A DNA stretch of 64,000 nucleotides, taken from NCBI GenBank assembly GCA_003971905.1, contig RSEE01000141.1, positions 1 through 64,000 of the forward strand. The letters run 5' to 3'. Of the stretch, positions 1 to 12,956 are shown piece after piece. The first letter of the stretch is position 1, and every line of letters begins with the position of its first letter. Under the pieces are notes generated by a model, which made no database searches, was not told the DNA's origin, and saw only the letters and a list, made by a program, of their open reading frames with translations. This stretch comes from Moniliella sp. 'wahieum' (lineage: Eukaryota). The position numbers and the translations under genes were made by a program.

Positions 1-388
1 GGTGAGTCCCCTGGCAGGGCCCGCCTGTGACAGGGTCGTCGTAATTCACGTTTAACCTCTCGTCCACCCCACCGATCCCCTTTGTCCCCCTTTGTCCCCC
101 TCTGGCAGCCTTGTAGCCAGGGCAACGGCAGTGGCGGCGCCTCTCTCGGCATGGATTGAAGGTACACTGTGCGCGAATGTGGTCGTTGGTGCGGCAATGA
201 GGCCGGTGGGGGGCATTTTGAGGGAGTGGAGGGACGCGTCGACGCGACTCTGTCATATGCCCGATCATTGGCGTAGCCCCCACCCACCCGTCACGTGCAG
301 GTGGGGGGCTGTAGGGTTGCACATTTTCTTTGCCTGCTCGAATATGGAACTTAGAGATTATCCACTGATCTCTATTCGGTCACCATAT

Positions 389-830
389 CATTGACAGAGC
401 TTAAGGGTGGGCCAAAAGAAACGCTTTGCCCAAACCAACCTGTCCATCCGGCGTGTGTTGCTTGTTAGGGCCTACTTCGTTTAGGGAACCAGGGGAATTG
501 CCAGAAGATCAGGACCCTCTGGTGCCCGCAATCGGTTCTCATACCCGGGGTAGCGACTGTGGATACGGATGAACGTGGTAGACAACCGTGCGGTGAACTA
601 TCTCCACTCAGACGGTGGTTAATTCCTTGCAGTTTCGAAGTATCTTGCCCATCGTTTTGGTAGCTTTTAGTATTCTCGCGGCCAAAACTCAAGAGAAATG
701 GATAATTGGTTACGTCCCTCGTAATTAACGTTCTGGTCGCATTCTGTCTGTTCCACAGGCTGAAGCAGCGTGTTCTCTCTCAGCATTCCAAGGGGATGAC
801 GGTCCTCTCATTTTAACAATACGTATTCTA
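389..830 (-). mobile_element. Old, diverged 5'-truncated copy of the CRE-like RLE retrotransposon (3' end region)
   Basis: Reverse complement aligns by eye with ~16915-17349. For example cgtccctcgtaattaacgttctggtcgcattctg corresponds to cgtccctggtacttggcgttcttgtcgcattctg. It ends in the same CTTAAGCTCTGTCAATG terminus. Confidence 0.85.
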
Positions 831-842
831 TAACCTCACCGG

Positions 843-1275
843 CGTGGAATGTAGAACGGCGGGACGGCGACCAAGGTGGGGACGCTGGAACGATAAAGAT
901 GGAAGGGTGGTTAAAGTGCAACGATGGAACGGTGGCTACGGTGCCGATGGTGGCTCAGTCCAACAAGCTGGGACGAAACCCCCAGAAGACTCGGCCGTCG
1001 GGCCGGGGGTCTCCACGTTATCATTATTGGGAATTCAGACCCTATTTGTTCTTCCAGGTGCCAGAGTGCGATTCTGGAGCACTCGGCGATCATATGGAGC
1101 CGCTGTAAAGACAGGGCATGCCAGCGACGTGAAGAGCCATAAGTTTTCAAGCGAAGCCAGAAGGGAAGGGAGATAGCAGAGCAAAAAAGAGGGAGATGGA
1201 ACGAGCACGACGGGGTGCGCAATCTGTGAACGGAGCTCTTCCGCCTGGGTAGGCGAGCGTCACCGATCAACTGAG
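843..1275. repeat. Degenerate dispersed repeat with twin hairpins; homologous to 31319-31560 (same strand) and 31575-31830 (inverted)
   Basis: Shared blocks with 31330-31440: GGTGGCTACGGTG, CAAGCTGGGnCGAAnCCC and CGGCCGT..CCGG.GGTCT. ttcaagcgaagccagaagggaag...gcgagcgtca (1146-1262) matches the reverse complement of 31589-31697. Confidence 0.55.
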
Positions 1276-2949
1276 AGTTATCCAAGGGGCCTTCGCACCA
1301 CCCTGTAGCATAGGGGTATGTAACTTCAGAAAGGAACCCTTGGTAACCCTGAGGCCAGGGGTAGGATTGATAGCTGTCTTGCCTGGATTTCAGAATTATG
1401 TCACTTTCTGGCTTTAGCAGGATCAGGATTATAGTGGAACATAGTGAAATCCTATAGTATAAAAGAGGGTCCGCAGTGATGTTATAACCGGAATTACAAT
1501 CCATTATGATAATGGACACAGGTCGGACCAGACGTTGCGGTGCATATGCATATGATGTCTGGCTGCATTGTTATGATGGACGCCATATGTCAACACACCC
1601 TTGGTATCACAGGACAATTTAATTTTGTATTGGTGGCTACTACTTTTCACATGTGCACAGCGGGTTGGTTCTTTCCCAGCAATTCTGTGCCTTTAGACGA
1701 AATGATACCTACAAATCTCAGATGTACACGGTCGCTCATTGTACTATTCGAGGATCTTTATTAACTATCGGATCCATAATCTCTCGTTTGTTCATCTTCC
1801 CTAATTGCACCCCTATTTCTTTAAGTCGAGGCAGTATTTACCTGTCGGTAGAGGGAGATCAGTTTCTCGTATTTACGCCATCGAGTACATCCCTGCATAA
1901 TTAAACTGCATCGACGTTTTCGTTAAGGCAGAATCTGATATAATAGCGTTTACAGCCCCCCAGGAAGTGCTATGACACACGTGTGTGAAAATCTACAATG
2001 TAAAGGTGGGCTGCTGGATATGGGGCCATAGCGTGTCGGTGGAATGATGGACAATGGAAAAGTGGAACAGCGGTAGATGGACAGTTGATGGAGCAACGGG
2101 GGCCTTCTTTCGTTTGGAAATCATGCCATAACTTCTGTTGGCTCCTTGATTACCGTGGCCCAGATGAATGAATTGTGTGCCATATTGGTGTCATGCGAAT
2201 AGTGGCCCTGCAGTCGCAGTCTTCTTATTTTGTCGTCGACTCCCTAAGACGAATGAGACCATAGCTGTTATGATCACCATTGCAGTGTATGCTATTTTCT
2301 CCCAGCACATCATGCCCCCCCACTTCAAATGTGCACATTAATTATCTGGGGTACAATTGTGGCTCTATATGTTGGACTTTCTTCTGCTGGGGTAGCCCGA
2401 CTTTCTGCATCTGTTGTATTTGGCCCCTGCGGGTTCCGCACTTAGATGTCTTTCTAATGCCAGTCGGCCTTCCACAATTAACCTCACTCTTGACCGCGCT
2501 CACATGCAAGTGATAGACTCACGAATCACTTTTGAAATGTCGTCAGCGAGACCACATCCGAGGATGTAACTGATCCTGATGATATTATTCTTGATGCCCC
2601 ACTAATCATCTGCGTATATTAGATCTCCAATGAGACAAGTTCCAAAGGAAAAGAAAGATAGATTTGATCTACAGGATGCTCGGTAAAGGAAGTTTTACGA
2701 GCCCAGATAGTAGATAGAGCAGTAATGAGGGAAAGTGGTAAGGTTGCAAGTGTGATATCATTTGGTTGACGTTTCGCTCTAACTAAGGCGGCCATGATCA
2801 GAACAATGAGACGACAGAAAATCAACTATCCTCAGCTATGGTTCCATCGGGGTGCACATGGCGATCGTACTTGTTTTATGTTAGCCTGCATACTAACCAT
2901 GAGATCATTAACAAGCATGCCATACCTTGTCCTCATTGGCAAAACGCAG

Positions 2950-3109
2950 TGTCGGCCTCGCTTCTACCACAGAATGTGAGCACTGAACGTCGTATTCATC
3001 TAAGGAGCTTTTGCGACTGACTCGTCGAGAAGACTGGTGCGAGCTCGGAAGGAATGAAAACTAACTCACGTGACTCATGGTCCGCGCGGTCCTAGGGCGG
3101 ATGTCAACA
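2950..3109. mobile_element. Solo LTR (TG...CA), same family as 12463-12632
   Basis: Starts TGTCGGC, ends GTCAACA and is colinear with 12463-12632 (gtgagcactgaacgtcgtatt; gcgagctcgga; cggtcctagg). Flanks cgcag/ccccg are at best a decayed TSD. Confidence 0.75.
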
Positions 3110-5669
3110 CCCCGTTCATCCGCACGATCAGAAAATATCTTCCAACATCTTTCTGGGCGTATCCTGATCAATAATGATTCCTGATTGGCCGACTCGCACT
3201 TACTCCAACTCATTGGATCTCAACGCTGCCATGTTAATGACTTTCAAAGGCTCCATGCCATGCCCAGTGCCTGGATAATAGCGTTTAATATGCTCCTGGA
3301 TTAAGGGCGTGAATACGAGTTGAAAAACACCTGCGTATATATCTCAACACCGGAGTTTCGAAATCCCATCTTTGGCTTGTTGGCTTAGTCCTATTTGTTG
3401 CCCGGATTCCGCCTCTCCGATCTACTAGCTTTGCTTCTACACCCATACCATCGTCACTGGTTCTTTCCAGTTTCCTATTGTTAACCTAAACCGCTTTGAC
3501 CTATGAGGGCGGTGTATGCGTAACTATATCATTGGGCCCATGGGAAAGGAAACGGAGCGACCATATTTCATGTTTCCTTTCTCCTCCTTCTAACCAACCC
3601 CCTCTCTCTCTCCTGTCTCCTCCCTTCAGACGTTGCTTAAATCACCACGTTGCGTTCACGCCTCACCGATCCTCAGGATCGCAAATGCTAGCTTCCAAGT
3701 CGCATTCTAGCAGTTTTGGAGATGCTGTTGGTGATGTTTTGGATAAGGTTCGAAGACGTTTAAGCAACTTGCCCGTTGTCTGCTGTATAGGCATCATGGC
3801 CCTTGCATGCCAACTCCTGTCAAAAGTTTATGTAGCCTCTCAGGTCTCGCATTCAGGTACCACGGGCCTCACCCCTTACCCGGTGCATCATTTTGCATGC
3901 CAACTTCCGCAAGTACCCATGATTGAGTATCAATCGCGAGCATATCTCTCGTATCTCCGTCTATTATCACCGGATCACCTCTACTTCCGTCGCTATCGTT
4001 AACTCAACCAAACACTCGCCAATCTCCTAGTAGACTTGTGAGAGTGTGTCACCGGGCAACTTATCTTCCAGGCTGCGGAGATCCTCCGCGGCCAGTCATG
4101 ATCGCATATGCTCGATCGGTACGTTGCGCCCATCCTGTTGCTTTACCGCACATCCCCCTTTCCTCCCTTGGCTCCGTCACCACTAAGCTTTGTACGAATA
4201 TTAGGACTCGCGTTGATCGTACTAGGTGAACAAGCCCACCGTTAACTGAAATAGCGCAGTCTGCTCTTCAGATATATACACGCACACCGTTTGATTCCGC
4301 ATTCGGCCGATGCGGCGTGAGTCGCCTTGTCCAGCCGCCTCCACTCCCTTGTCATTACTCTCGCGTTTCTCTCCCTATCTTTCTCTATCCTGACTCGGAT
4401 TCTCGGCCTATCTACAAAACCGACAATAAATCGTCTCTTCTCCGCACGCGCTCATCTACAAATCTCAAACACTACATTTGGGTTCGACCCGGTTTCTCGC
4501 CTCGTTTCTCGTCTGGGGTCCGCGTGCCCTTAACCCTCGCCTCATCTTTCATCTCGTGCCTTTCGTGCTTAGTCCTCACTTCTTCCCCTTGACTTGTTTC
4601 CCCTTTTCGCTGTGAATCAGTTGGTCTTTCCTTTGCTCCCCTTCTTTTCTATGAAGCCTGCCTGTTCTTAGATGCAAGTGTGATGGCCCAAAAGGCTAAC
4701 CCTTTCCCCCTCGCCCTTCTTCTAGGCGAACTCCACTCTAGAGGAACCACCCTTCCGATTAGCTCGCTTGCCCTCGCTTGCCCATCGGACCTCTCCACTT
4801 TCTCGTCCGGCCCCTGACGCGCAACCTCCTTGCAGATGCTGCCTGGCTCTACCCGACGAACAGCAAAGCACTACTCGCGACCCTCCTACGTTCACACCAG
4901 TGTGCCTCGGACTTTGGATATGCGACGCGTCCAGTCCCTCCGTGGGTCTTGTCTCCGATGAGCAGGGAAGTTATCCGCCTGGGAAGCCAGCAACCCCGTT
5001 ACACCCGTGCCTTACCCGGAAATACCTGGACCCCCTCAACTCTTGACAACCTACGCATCACCCTGCTCATGCTCAGGCCTTGACAGTGGAGAGTCTGATG
5101 TCGGAAAAGTGGCCCTTCGTAGGCAGCCACTCAACTACTAGAGAGGGTCTCCCTCAGCTCTAGCACATTCCCTCGGTCGGCCAGGATCTAAAGCCGGACA
5201 TATCGTGTTAGTCATCTCTCCCGGTCTTACATGGTCAAAACCAAGAGAATATAAAGTCACGAAGGAGTATACGACCTAGAACATCACATGAATTTGTTGC
5301 GACAAGACGGCAGGAATATACCCGGTCCAATCGTAGTAACCGTAGGTGGAAAAGGGGCTGTGAGGTTTTTGCAGGAGACCAAAACGGAGGGGTGATGAAA
5401 TGAAGTCGGCCGACATGAATAAAAGAGGAGTAAACGGGTAAGAGAGGATGGCCATATGCCAGCAGTATTAACGCCCAGGAAGAGCTCAAAGAGCAGCAAA
5501 TGAGAATGGTGATCAAATTGCTAAGGCGGTGGCGAATCCAAGTCATCATGGAGTCGGAAACGCCACGTCAGAAAACCACACGCGCATCACACATGATGTC
5601 ACTCGGAAGTTACCTTGGCCATAAATGACCAGAGGTCAACAAGCAGTCGAATGAAAGAGATTCAAAGGC

Positions 5670-8600
5670 TCAAGCTTCATTTGAGCCCACAGGTTTTGAA
5701 GCACGCTTGAAAGAGAACCAGCCCAGCGCTCGGCGGCACCCCTGAATCGGATTGAAGGAAATGTTGCTGCGTTTAGTGAGCCAGAAGATGGGGAAGCAGG
5801 CCATGCCTGAAGCAGCGATCTGTCACGACACGCAGGTTAGCCTTCTGTACACAGTATACACACGACTGGAGGATAACGCACAAAGCAAATCAGCACGCCG
5901 AATGCGGTCCAACGGTAATTGAAGGGCATATCTAGAGTCTTGAGGAAATCATCGCCAGTGGCGTACTGGCAGTAGTTACACAAGTCCGTCGCGTTCGGGT
6001 TGTAGATCCTTCCGCCTACCTCGGTAGCCCAAGCTCCAGCGTACTGCCCACATGTTTGTCCTGGCGGGGGCATAAAGTGGAAGAGTTCAGAGCGGGCACA
6101 CACAACTTGTCGATCGTGTAAGATGTTGGCAACCTGGCCTCGGACGTAATGGACGATTGGACTAGCCCAGGAAACTGCCTTCCAGATCCCAGGAAGGAGA
6201 CGGCGAGGAATGAAGCTGTAGAGACATGATCATTAGTCCGGATGAAAGCAGGTCGGGGAATGGAATACTTACACTCCATTGGCGACAAAGAGAAAGGGAA
6301 GGACGAGTGGCACGCCCTGGGACGCAATGGTGGCAGTCGGCGCGCTGCAGGCAATCAGGAGGGAGAAGACCAAAGCATAAACCGACAGAAGAAGCGTCAT
6401 AAGGTAGAAGTAGCCCCGCGCCAAGTGGCCTCGGAGTAGAATGCAATGAAGAACGCTGGGAGGAAACTGGAGTAGGGGTCCATGGTAAGCGTACGGTGTC
6501 CAGACCCATAGTAAGAGAGAGGAAGATAACGTACTAGACGGTGGAAGTCAGGATAGCGAGTGGGAGAGCGAGCGCAATCATGCTCACAATGAGCACCCAC
6601 CAAGCATAAACCTTGCTTTTGTCCTCACGAGCATCAAAAATATCGGTCTGACCGAACCAGCGAGCGAGGATGCTGTTGACGTAAACCGGGACAGAAAGCA
6701 TGATCAAGAGGACAAGGAAGGCCGCCCCTTGCATCCCATGCACATTCCAGTCCATATGAGCGTAGACGGAGGAACCGACAAAACCCGTCAGAATGTATCT
6801 GTAGAAAAGGAAAAAGGGTGTGAGCCAACAGTGAACAGTGAATCGAATTCGCAGAGATAGGAAACATACGAGAAAATGAGCGAGTATGTAAAGGAACCGT
6901 CGCGGTAAGCATCCTTGTATTGCCGGATGACCACTTCCCGAATCTGGGTCAAGGCTGGGGCAGCGAATTCGCCGGCCAACTCGAGGTTGACCGCGTCTCC
7001 GGCGAACTTGCTGCGACGGGCATTCGTTTGTTCGATAATTGTTTCCACCTCGCGCCGTTCAGGACTGGCGTCCCAAACCAAGGCCCAGTGACCTGTGGGG
7101 TCGCGTGTGGTCGCCGTCAACTCCAGAATATATTCAGCGACATTGTCATTGGGTCCACAAGGAGGTGCATGAGCACGCTCGAAATAGGAACGAATCTTGT
7201 TGCTGTTGCGGGCCATGGCCAAGCCTTCGTCTTTGCTGTTGACCACACCCTGGTCACCAATCGGGCCATTATACACTACCCGCCCACCCTTTTGGAGAAG
7301 AAGACACCGGTCAAATTGCTGGAACAGGTCTTCACTGGGCTGGTGGATGGTGCAAACAATGGCTTGGCCGGACTGGGCTAAACGGCGGAGCACGCGACAG
7401 ATGGCTGCAGCACCTGCCGAGTCCAGGCCGCTTGTAGGCTCGTCCAGGAAGAGAGCTAGCGAAGGCTTGGCGGCAAGCTCAACACCAATTGTCACTCGTT
7501 TGCGGCGCTCAATGCTCAGACCGGCGCCCGGCTCGCCAATCAATGCATCCTCCAAATCCTCCAGCTCAAGAAGACGCAAGATCTCGTCCACATCGCGCAT
7601 CTTTTGAGCATGCGGAACGGAGTGTGGCTGCCGCAGCACGGCCGAGAACGCAATTGCTTCCCTCACCGTCTGAGTCGGGAGATGGATGTCATCCTGCATC
7701 ACGAACCCAACCGTCTTTCCAAAGGATGCATGCAATGGACCCCCGTCAACCTCCACATTCCCTTCCAGTTTCCCAAAGTTGATCCGTTGGGCAATAGCGT
7801 TCATCGCTGTGGTCTTTCCAGCACCCGAAGACCCCATCACTGTCACAAAAATCGCGTTAGCTTTCCGCTCCACACAAAAATGTGGGCACGTATGGGCACA
7901 AGACAAATACGCACAAGCAATCATTTCTCCAGGCAGCGCCAAGCCAGAAACTTGATGCAACAGTTCCCTTCCATTGTCAAGGGTGAGGTTGAGACCGCGC
8001 CAAGACAGAACAGGATGGTCGTCGAAATTCGTCTTCGGAGAAGGCATAGATTCAGGGTCGTGCACAGATGAGGGACACTGGGTCGGTACCGGTGTACTGT
8101 CGTTATCCGAAATGGAAGACGAGTCCTTCTCGTCCTTCTCCGAAGGTTTCGGCTTAGCGCGGCGAATGGCCTGCTTGGCCCGTTTAGTACGGGCAAAGAC
8201 AGTGACTGAGACACCGCTTCCCCAAGATATTGTCTCGGAGGCAACAAGATTGACCAACAATATAGTGCGGAGAATGCACAAGAAATCCCAATGGCTCGTC
8301 CAAGGTTGTTCATTTTGTAACCATAAGCCGCCTGTAGGTAGCTCTTACCCGGCACCACAATCTCCCCGGTCGACTGCCAGCCAAGAGACAGGTCTGATAC
8401 CGAGCGTCACGGAGCTCTGAGAAAGGGGCAATATCAGCGGGCACGCAGGGAATATTTTCCCTGAAGTTGTTGGCCAGCAAAGCTTCAAGAATGTATGCCA
8501 CATTGCCGACGTATGACAACCACACAACCCAACCCATCTCACGGCGCGGCTGGATGTAGCCACTGAAGATGAAGACGACGTTAAGCGTCAACCCGCACCA

Positions 8601-10762
8601 TCTGATCACGCAGATCATGTTAGAAGAGTTAGTCCCAAAATTCCTGAGAATGACCCAACGGAGCATAAGGATCCAGATACTTACCGGATGGCCTCGCTGA
8701 AGCCAGGAGATAATGCACAACAAGCACGGTACATTTGCATGAGTGTGTAGGTACCAAAGAAAGTCAAAAGCCAAAAGAGTGCCCATGCCTCGCCTGTTAC
8801 GCGCAGATGAGACATGAAGTATAGCAAAACTAGGGCACGAAAGAATTAGTACGCAACACGCGTAAGTAGTTAACAGATGAGGGTAACCAACGTACTGCAA
8901 AATGGGGTAACGAGCAGGAAGATGTAAAGGACATCGGTGATGGCACGGGCAATGACGGTAGCAGAGGGTCGTGCGAATCCAAAACGTTTGTGGCGGTCGA
9001 GAATGGTGCGACCTTTGACGGCAACCCAAACTTCTGAGAGAATTGTCCATCCGACAAAGACCGAGGAAAAAGCAAGGGAACTTGTAGCGATGAATGCGCC
9101 TTCCGAATCGTTTTTCGCATTCCAGAAGATCGACCCAATATATAGGGGCACGATTGTAGCGGTGAGAATCTGTACTAACAAGTCCCACCGGTTGGCCCAC
9201 TTCAGTAGCAGCTCACGGCGAATCACCGCGTCAACTTGCTTCCAAAACGGACGGTAAAGTTGCTGGTCTTGCGCACCCCGTTGTTCTTCTCACAACGGAC
9301 ATGTTTCTTGAGTCCATCCGCTTCTTGCATCTGTCCTGCTTCAATCGCACCGAGGTAGTCTGCATGCTGACCCTGGAGCTGGGCATAGAGCGGACTAGCA
9401 ATCCAGGCAGCCTCACGCGATGCTGCATCCTGCGGCACCCGTCTTTCAAACCCATACCGTACGATCGTCTGTTGCGGATCCGTGACAGCAGTAACAAAAT
9501 CATACGTAGTTTGGCGTGGACCGGCGTAGTAGCCCAAGTCGGTAAAGTATTGGCGCACTTGGTCGCGGGGGCCGTAGTAAATAACGCGTCCATTGTCCAT
9601 GACAGCAATCATGTCAAACTGGGCAAGGATACTTTCACTCACCTGGTACAAAGTGGCAAGGATAGTACGCTGCGACACATCGGCAAACAAGCGGAGCGAA
9701 CGGGCATAGTCCAGCGCCGTGGAGGCATCCAGGCCACGGGTGGTGTTGTCGTTGGCTTGAACCGCAGCACGGGTGATCATCGACTCGGCGATGGTCACTC
9801 GCTTCCGTTCACCCCCGGAGATCCCACGCACCGTCTCGCTCCCAACAATGGTGTCTCGAACGTGGGGTATCCCGAACATATCCAGGTAGACGTTGACCAG
9901 TTGTTCGATAAACTCTTCCCGTGTCTGGCCCCCACGGGTGGAAGACCGAGGTACCTTGGACCGCAGAGCGAACCGCAGGGTCTCGGCGACGGAAAGCTGG
10001 GCAAAGTGATCATCCTCTTCACCCACAAAAACGACCTATGTTACCAGAGTGGCAGTCAGTATACTGTCACAACAATCCCTCGCAAGTCCAGAAGAGAAGA
10101 GACAGGAGGCCAACGTACCTCGCCACGGAATTTGGTCCGAATCTGCTCGGAGGAGAGCCCACCGTAAGTGACATCGCCTCCCGGTGTGACAGAACGATCC
10201 AGCGAAGAAGTGATGGCTTTGAGGAAAGTAGTACATCCGGATCCAGGGCTGCCGAGCACGAGAAGCATCTGTCCCGCACGGAGCAGCCTGTGGTGGGGTG
10301 GATGATGTTAACCATATCCTGGCTGCCAGGTGTAAGCTTGCGGAGGGGAGGTATGAGGGTCGACAGGATGTTCCAAGGATCCTTCCAGACCGTGTTCCCG
10401 ATCGCGATGGGTGTCGTCTTGGCAAACACGCCCCCGGCAACAGCCTTAGCCGGGGCGGAAACGCTCAGGTTGGTCCACGCCACACCCAGCGGCTTGATGT
10501 CGGTGGGCGACTGGTGGCTCTTGGCCAGCAGAAAGTTGCGAAGATTAAAGCCGTCCTCTTTGTCGTTCTCGTCTCCCAGTTCAGCGTCATGGTTGTTTAC
10601 GCCTGCATGGCAGAGAGTTTGAGCAAGATTGCGTGACTCCTGCTCGGCCTCAACTTGCTCAAGATGACGGTGTGCCTGAAAAGCATCCACTGCTTGAGCA
10701 GCGGCTTCGCCCCATGTGCCATCGACGACACTTTCAGTACCCTCGCGTGCCTTTTCACCCAT
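5670..10762 (-). CDS. Pleiotropic drug resistance (PDR/ABCG) full-size ABC transporter, multi-exon
   Basis: NBD1 has degenerate Walker A GSPGSGCTTFLK, signature ISGGERKRVTIAE and DNTTRGLD. NBD2 has MGSSGAGKTT, LSIERRKRVTIGVEL and LFLDEPTSGLD. The PDR C-terminus PPPGQTCGQY...CNYCQY is present. Several GT-AG introns; last exon ends KPVGSNEA* at 5670; a few 1-bp frameshifts. Confidence 0.95.
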
Positions 10763-12438
10763 CGAGTAGATATGGAATAGGGACAGCGATTTCGGATAAA
10801 AGGCTGGGAATTCACTTGGTGCAAGGATATGAACGAAGATGGCTCAGCTTGGCGGTTCAAAAGGAGAAGCGACAGGCGAATGGGCTTTTCCTGGATGGTA
10901 TGCGCTTCAGTATCGGAAGGACAGTTGCACTTTCCTAGTTATATACCTTGCCGCAATAATTGACCAATTAAGATTTAATACACGCTTGGCTACCGGCTAC
11001 CGCGCAAGTCTGGATATAGCGGCGTTAGGCAAGGAGTTAAGCGAGTTATCAGCGCTAGCGCCGTGGTCGCGTGGTCAAACACCCAATCCACTACCCGGGA
11101 ATCTAGCGTAGTGGCTAATACATGTACGAGACCTGACGGGAACCACCGCGGAATTAGCGCAACGCGGTTCTATGTTCGAGTCCTTTCAGATCTTTCAGAC
11201 GAGGGCAAGCGCGAATAGCCTGCGTTATAGCCCCTGTAGTGTGTAGGAATGAGGCGGAGCATGTTGGGGTACGTGCGGAGCGATCGACAGGTGAGGACGA
11301 GGAGTCGATCCCCGAGAGCACTCAGAATCCAGTTTGTCCGTTAGTGCCGGGATAGCTCCGAGCCTCCAATGGGCCAAGGGCCTGTGCACGACAGAGAAGA
11401 GAAGGTAGAGTCACAGATAGAGCTCTTTTGTAGGCTCCTGACGCTAGTAGTCCAATCTTGAGAACACAAGGGAGGAGCAAGGAAAAGGACGATGCGCGAC
11501 GCTATCTGATGGATTCGAGGCGCTCGATGACACCCAGTTTCGCTTACCAGCGACTCGGCCGATAGAACCATGCCAAGTGATGGTGCCATTTCCGACCACA
11601 CACTCTTAGCACGTACTATAGACCGCACGGCGGTGGCACCCCAGGGCTTGGTCAGAGGTGGTTCTCACTCCTGGCACACGGAGATTAGTGGCTATAACAA
11701 CCGCCTTCCCCTCGGAGTATACGCGAACTGAATGCCGGCGAAGCTGTGGGGCCTCTGGCGCCACCGTTTGGTTGAAACAACTGGCTCGTACAAAAGAGAC
11801 TCTAGTTGCATGGATCGAAAGGAACACGTGCATCGTTTAGACCACAACGATGTTACGCGCAATGTTTTTAGAAAAAGTTTCATCCCAGCCTTGAAGCCCT
11901 TGACGTAGTGTCGGGATCAGACTCACTTGATCACGTTCTCTGTCACCAATAAGTTGTCTGGCCCCCTTGATTTGTTCTAGACCCTGTTTTCCCCTTTTGG
12001 ATTGTGCCCCCTCGTTCCCTCCATGTGATTTTAGCTCGCATGTTCTCTTCTTCTCCGAGGCATATATATACCTCGCCTCCTTTCCACTCGATGATATGAT
12101 CCTGGTCCTTTCCCTCATTTCCATCCTGTTACGTAGGCCTTAGTATAGCCCAGGCAAGGGAGACAAAAGGGTGTTATAGTGCGGCTTGGGAGCACCCATG
12201 ATCCTACATGGATCAACTTCAAAAAGCAGTCTCCAGGCAATGCGTGAAGGCAGCGTGGTGAGCCACAAGCCTGCAAGCAACGTTTAAAGGGAAACGGAGA
12301 CAAGAGGGAGAGGATGATGAGGGAGATGGAAAGCAAGCTCGCTCCAATGTCCAAATTCTGCATCCTGTGCTATATAACTCGCTCTCCATTTTCCCATTTG
12401 CTCTTGTGCCTTGGCTGGTTTCTCTGGTTTCCTCATAT

Positions 12439-12771
12439 GGTGGTATATGAGAGCACCGCGACTGTCGACCTCGCTATATGCCACAGGATGTGAGCACTGA
12501 ACGTCGTATTGGACTAAAGAGCTTTTCTGCGACTGAATCGTCTGGCAGAAAGACTGACGCGAGCTCGGAAAGGAATGAAAGCGGACTCCGTTGTGACTCA
12601 GGCTCCGCCCGGTCCTAGGACGGATGTCAACAGCGACGCCTTTGGAACGCCAGGAGAAGGAGCTGCTTCGGCTGCTGGAGCAAGCAGAGGCGCTAACAAG
12701 CAGCACACCCAAGGTGAACGGGTCGATTTAGCCGTAGCGTTTCCCTGTCTCAGCCTTAAGCTTTGTCAATG
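12439..12771 (+). mobile_element. 5'-truncated, internally deleted relic of the CRE-like RLE retrotransposon, interrupted by a solo LTR
   Basis: ggtggtatatgagagcaccgcgac|LTR|gcctttggaacgccaggagaagg matches 16920-16995. It then jumps to the 3' UTR (caaggtgaacgggtcg...ccttaagctttgtcaatg, equivalent to 17287-17349). Candidate TSD ATATGG at 12435-12440 and 12772-12777. Confidence 0.85.
12463..12632. mobile_element. 170-bp solo LTR with 5-bp target-site duplication
   Basis: TGTCGAC...GTCAACA imperfect terminal inverted repeat. Perfect TSD GCGAC at 12458-12462 and 12633-12637. Removing it restores the contiguous RLE-element sequence. Confidence 0.88.
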
Positions 12772-12856
12772 ATATGGATGCAGAATAGAGATGGGATCTG
12801 CCAGTCATATTTTTGACCATTCCTGATTCGACTATGGGTTGGACTACATTCCGTCT

Positions 12857-12956
12857 GGCGAGATAGCGAAGTGGTCTAACGCGCTGTGTTAAGGAGTCTA
12901 CTTGGAATCCGCAACCGCAGTCCTCCGGGGCGTGGGTTCGAATCCCACTCTCGTCA
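12857..12956 (+). tRNA. tRNA-Leu(AAG) with 20-nt intron
   Basis: Acceptor GGCGAGA/TCTCGTC+A; D-loop AGTGGTCTAA; anticodon stem CTGTG/CGCAG with TT-AAG-G then intron; long variable arm; GTTCGAATC T-loop; poly-T terminator. Confidence 0.95.

Noticed and set aside
1..260. Possible relic of another RLE domain on the minus strand (RVD...DH...N..Y)
   Set aside because: Too few conserved residues, spread over different frames.
945..1012. Hammerhead ribozyme (GAAAC CCCC...GGGGG TC)
   Set aside because: No CUGAnGA core upstream, and the homologous copy at 31395-31440 has GAAGC in a simple hairpin loop.
1400..1540. Helitron/PIF1-like motif shadow (YKRGSAVML)
   Set aside because: One short degenerate match among stop codons; unsupported.
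3500..5100. Possible decayed LINE-like C-terminal region
   Set aside because: Only vague Cys/His and hydrophobic patterns; no RT or endonuclease motif could be anchored.
6920..10636. Plus-strand ORFs up to 288 aa opposite the ABC transporter
   Set aside because: Antisense shadows of a well-supported coding strand.
12771..12857. tRNA-gene targeting by the RLE element (3' end 85 bp upstream of tRNA-Leu)
   Set aside because: The other three copies are not at a comparable distance from any tRNA, and the other two tRNAs lack such insertions.
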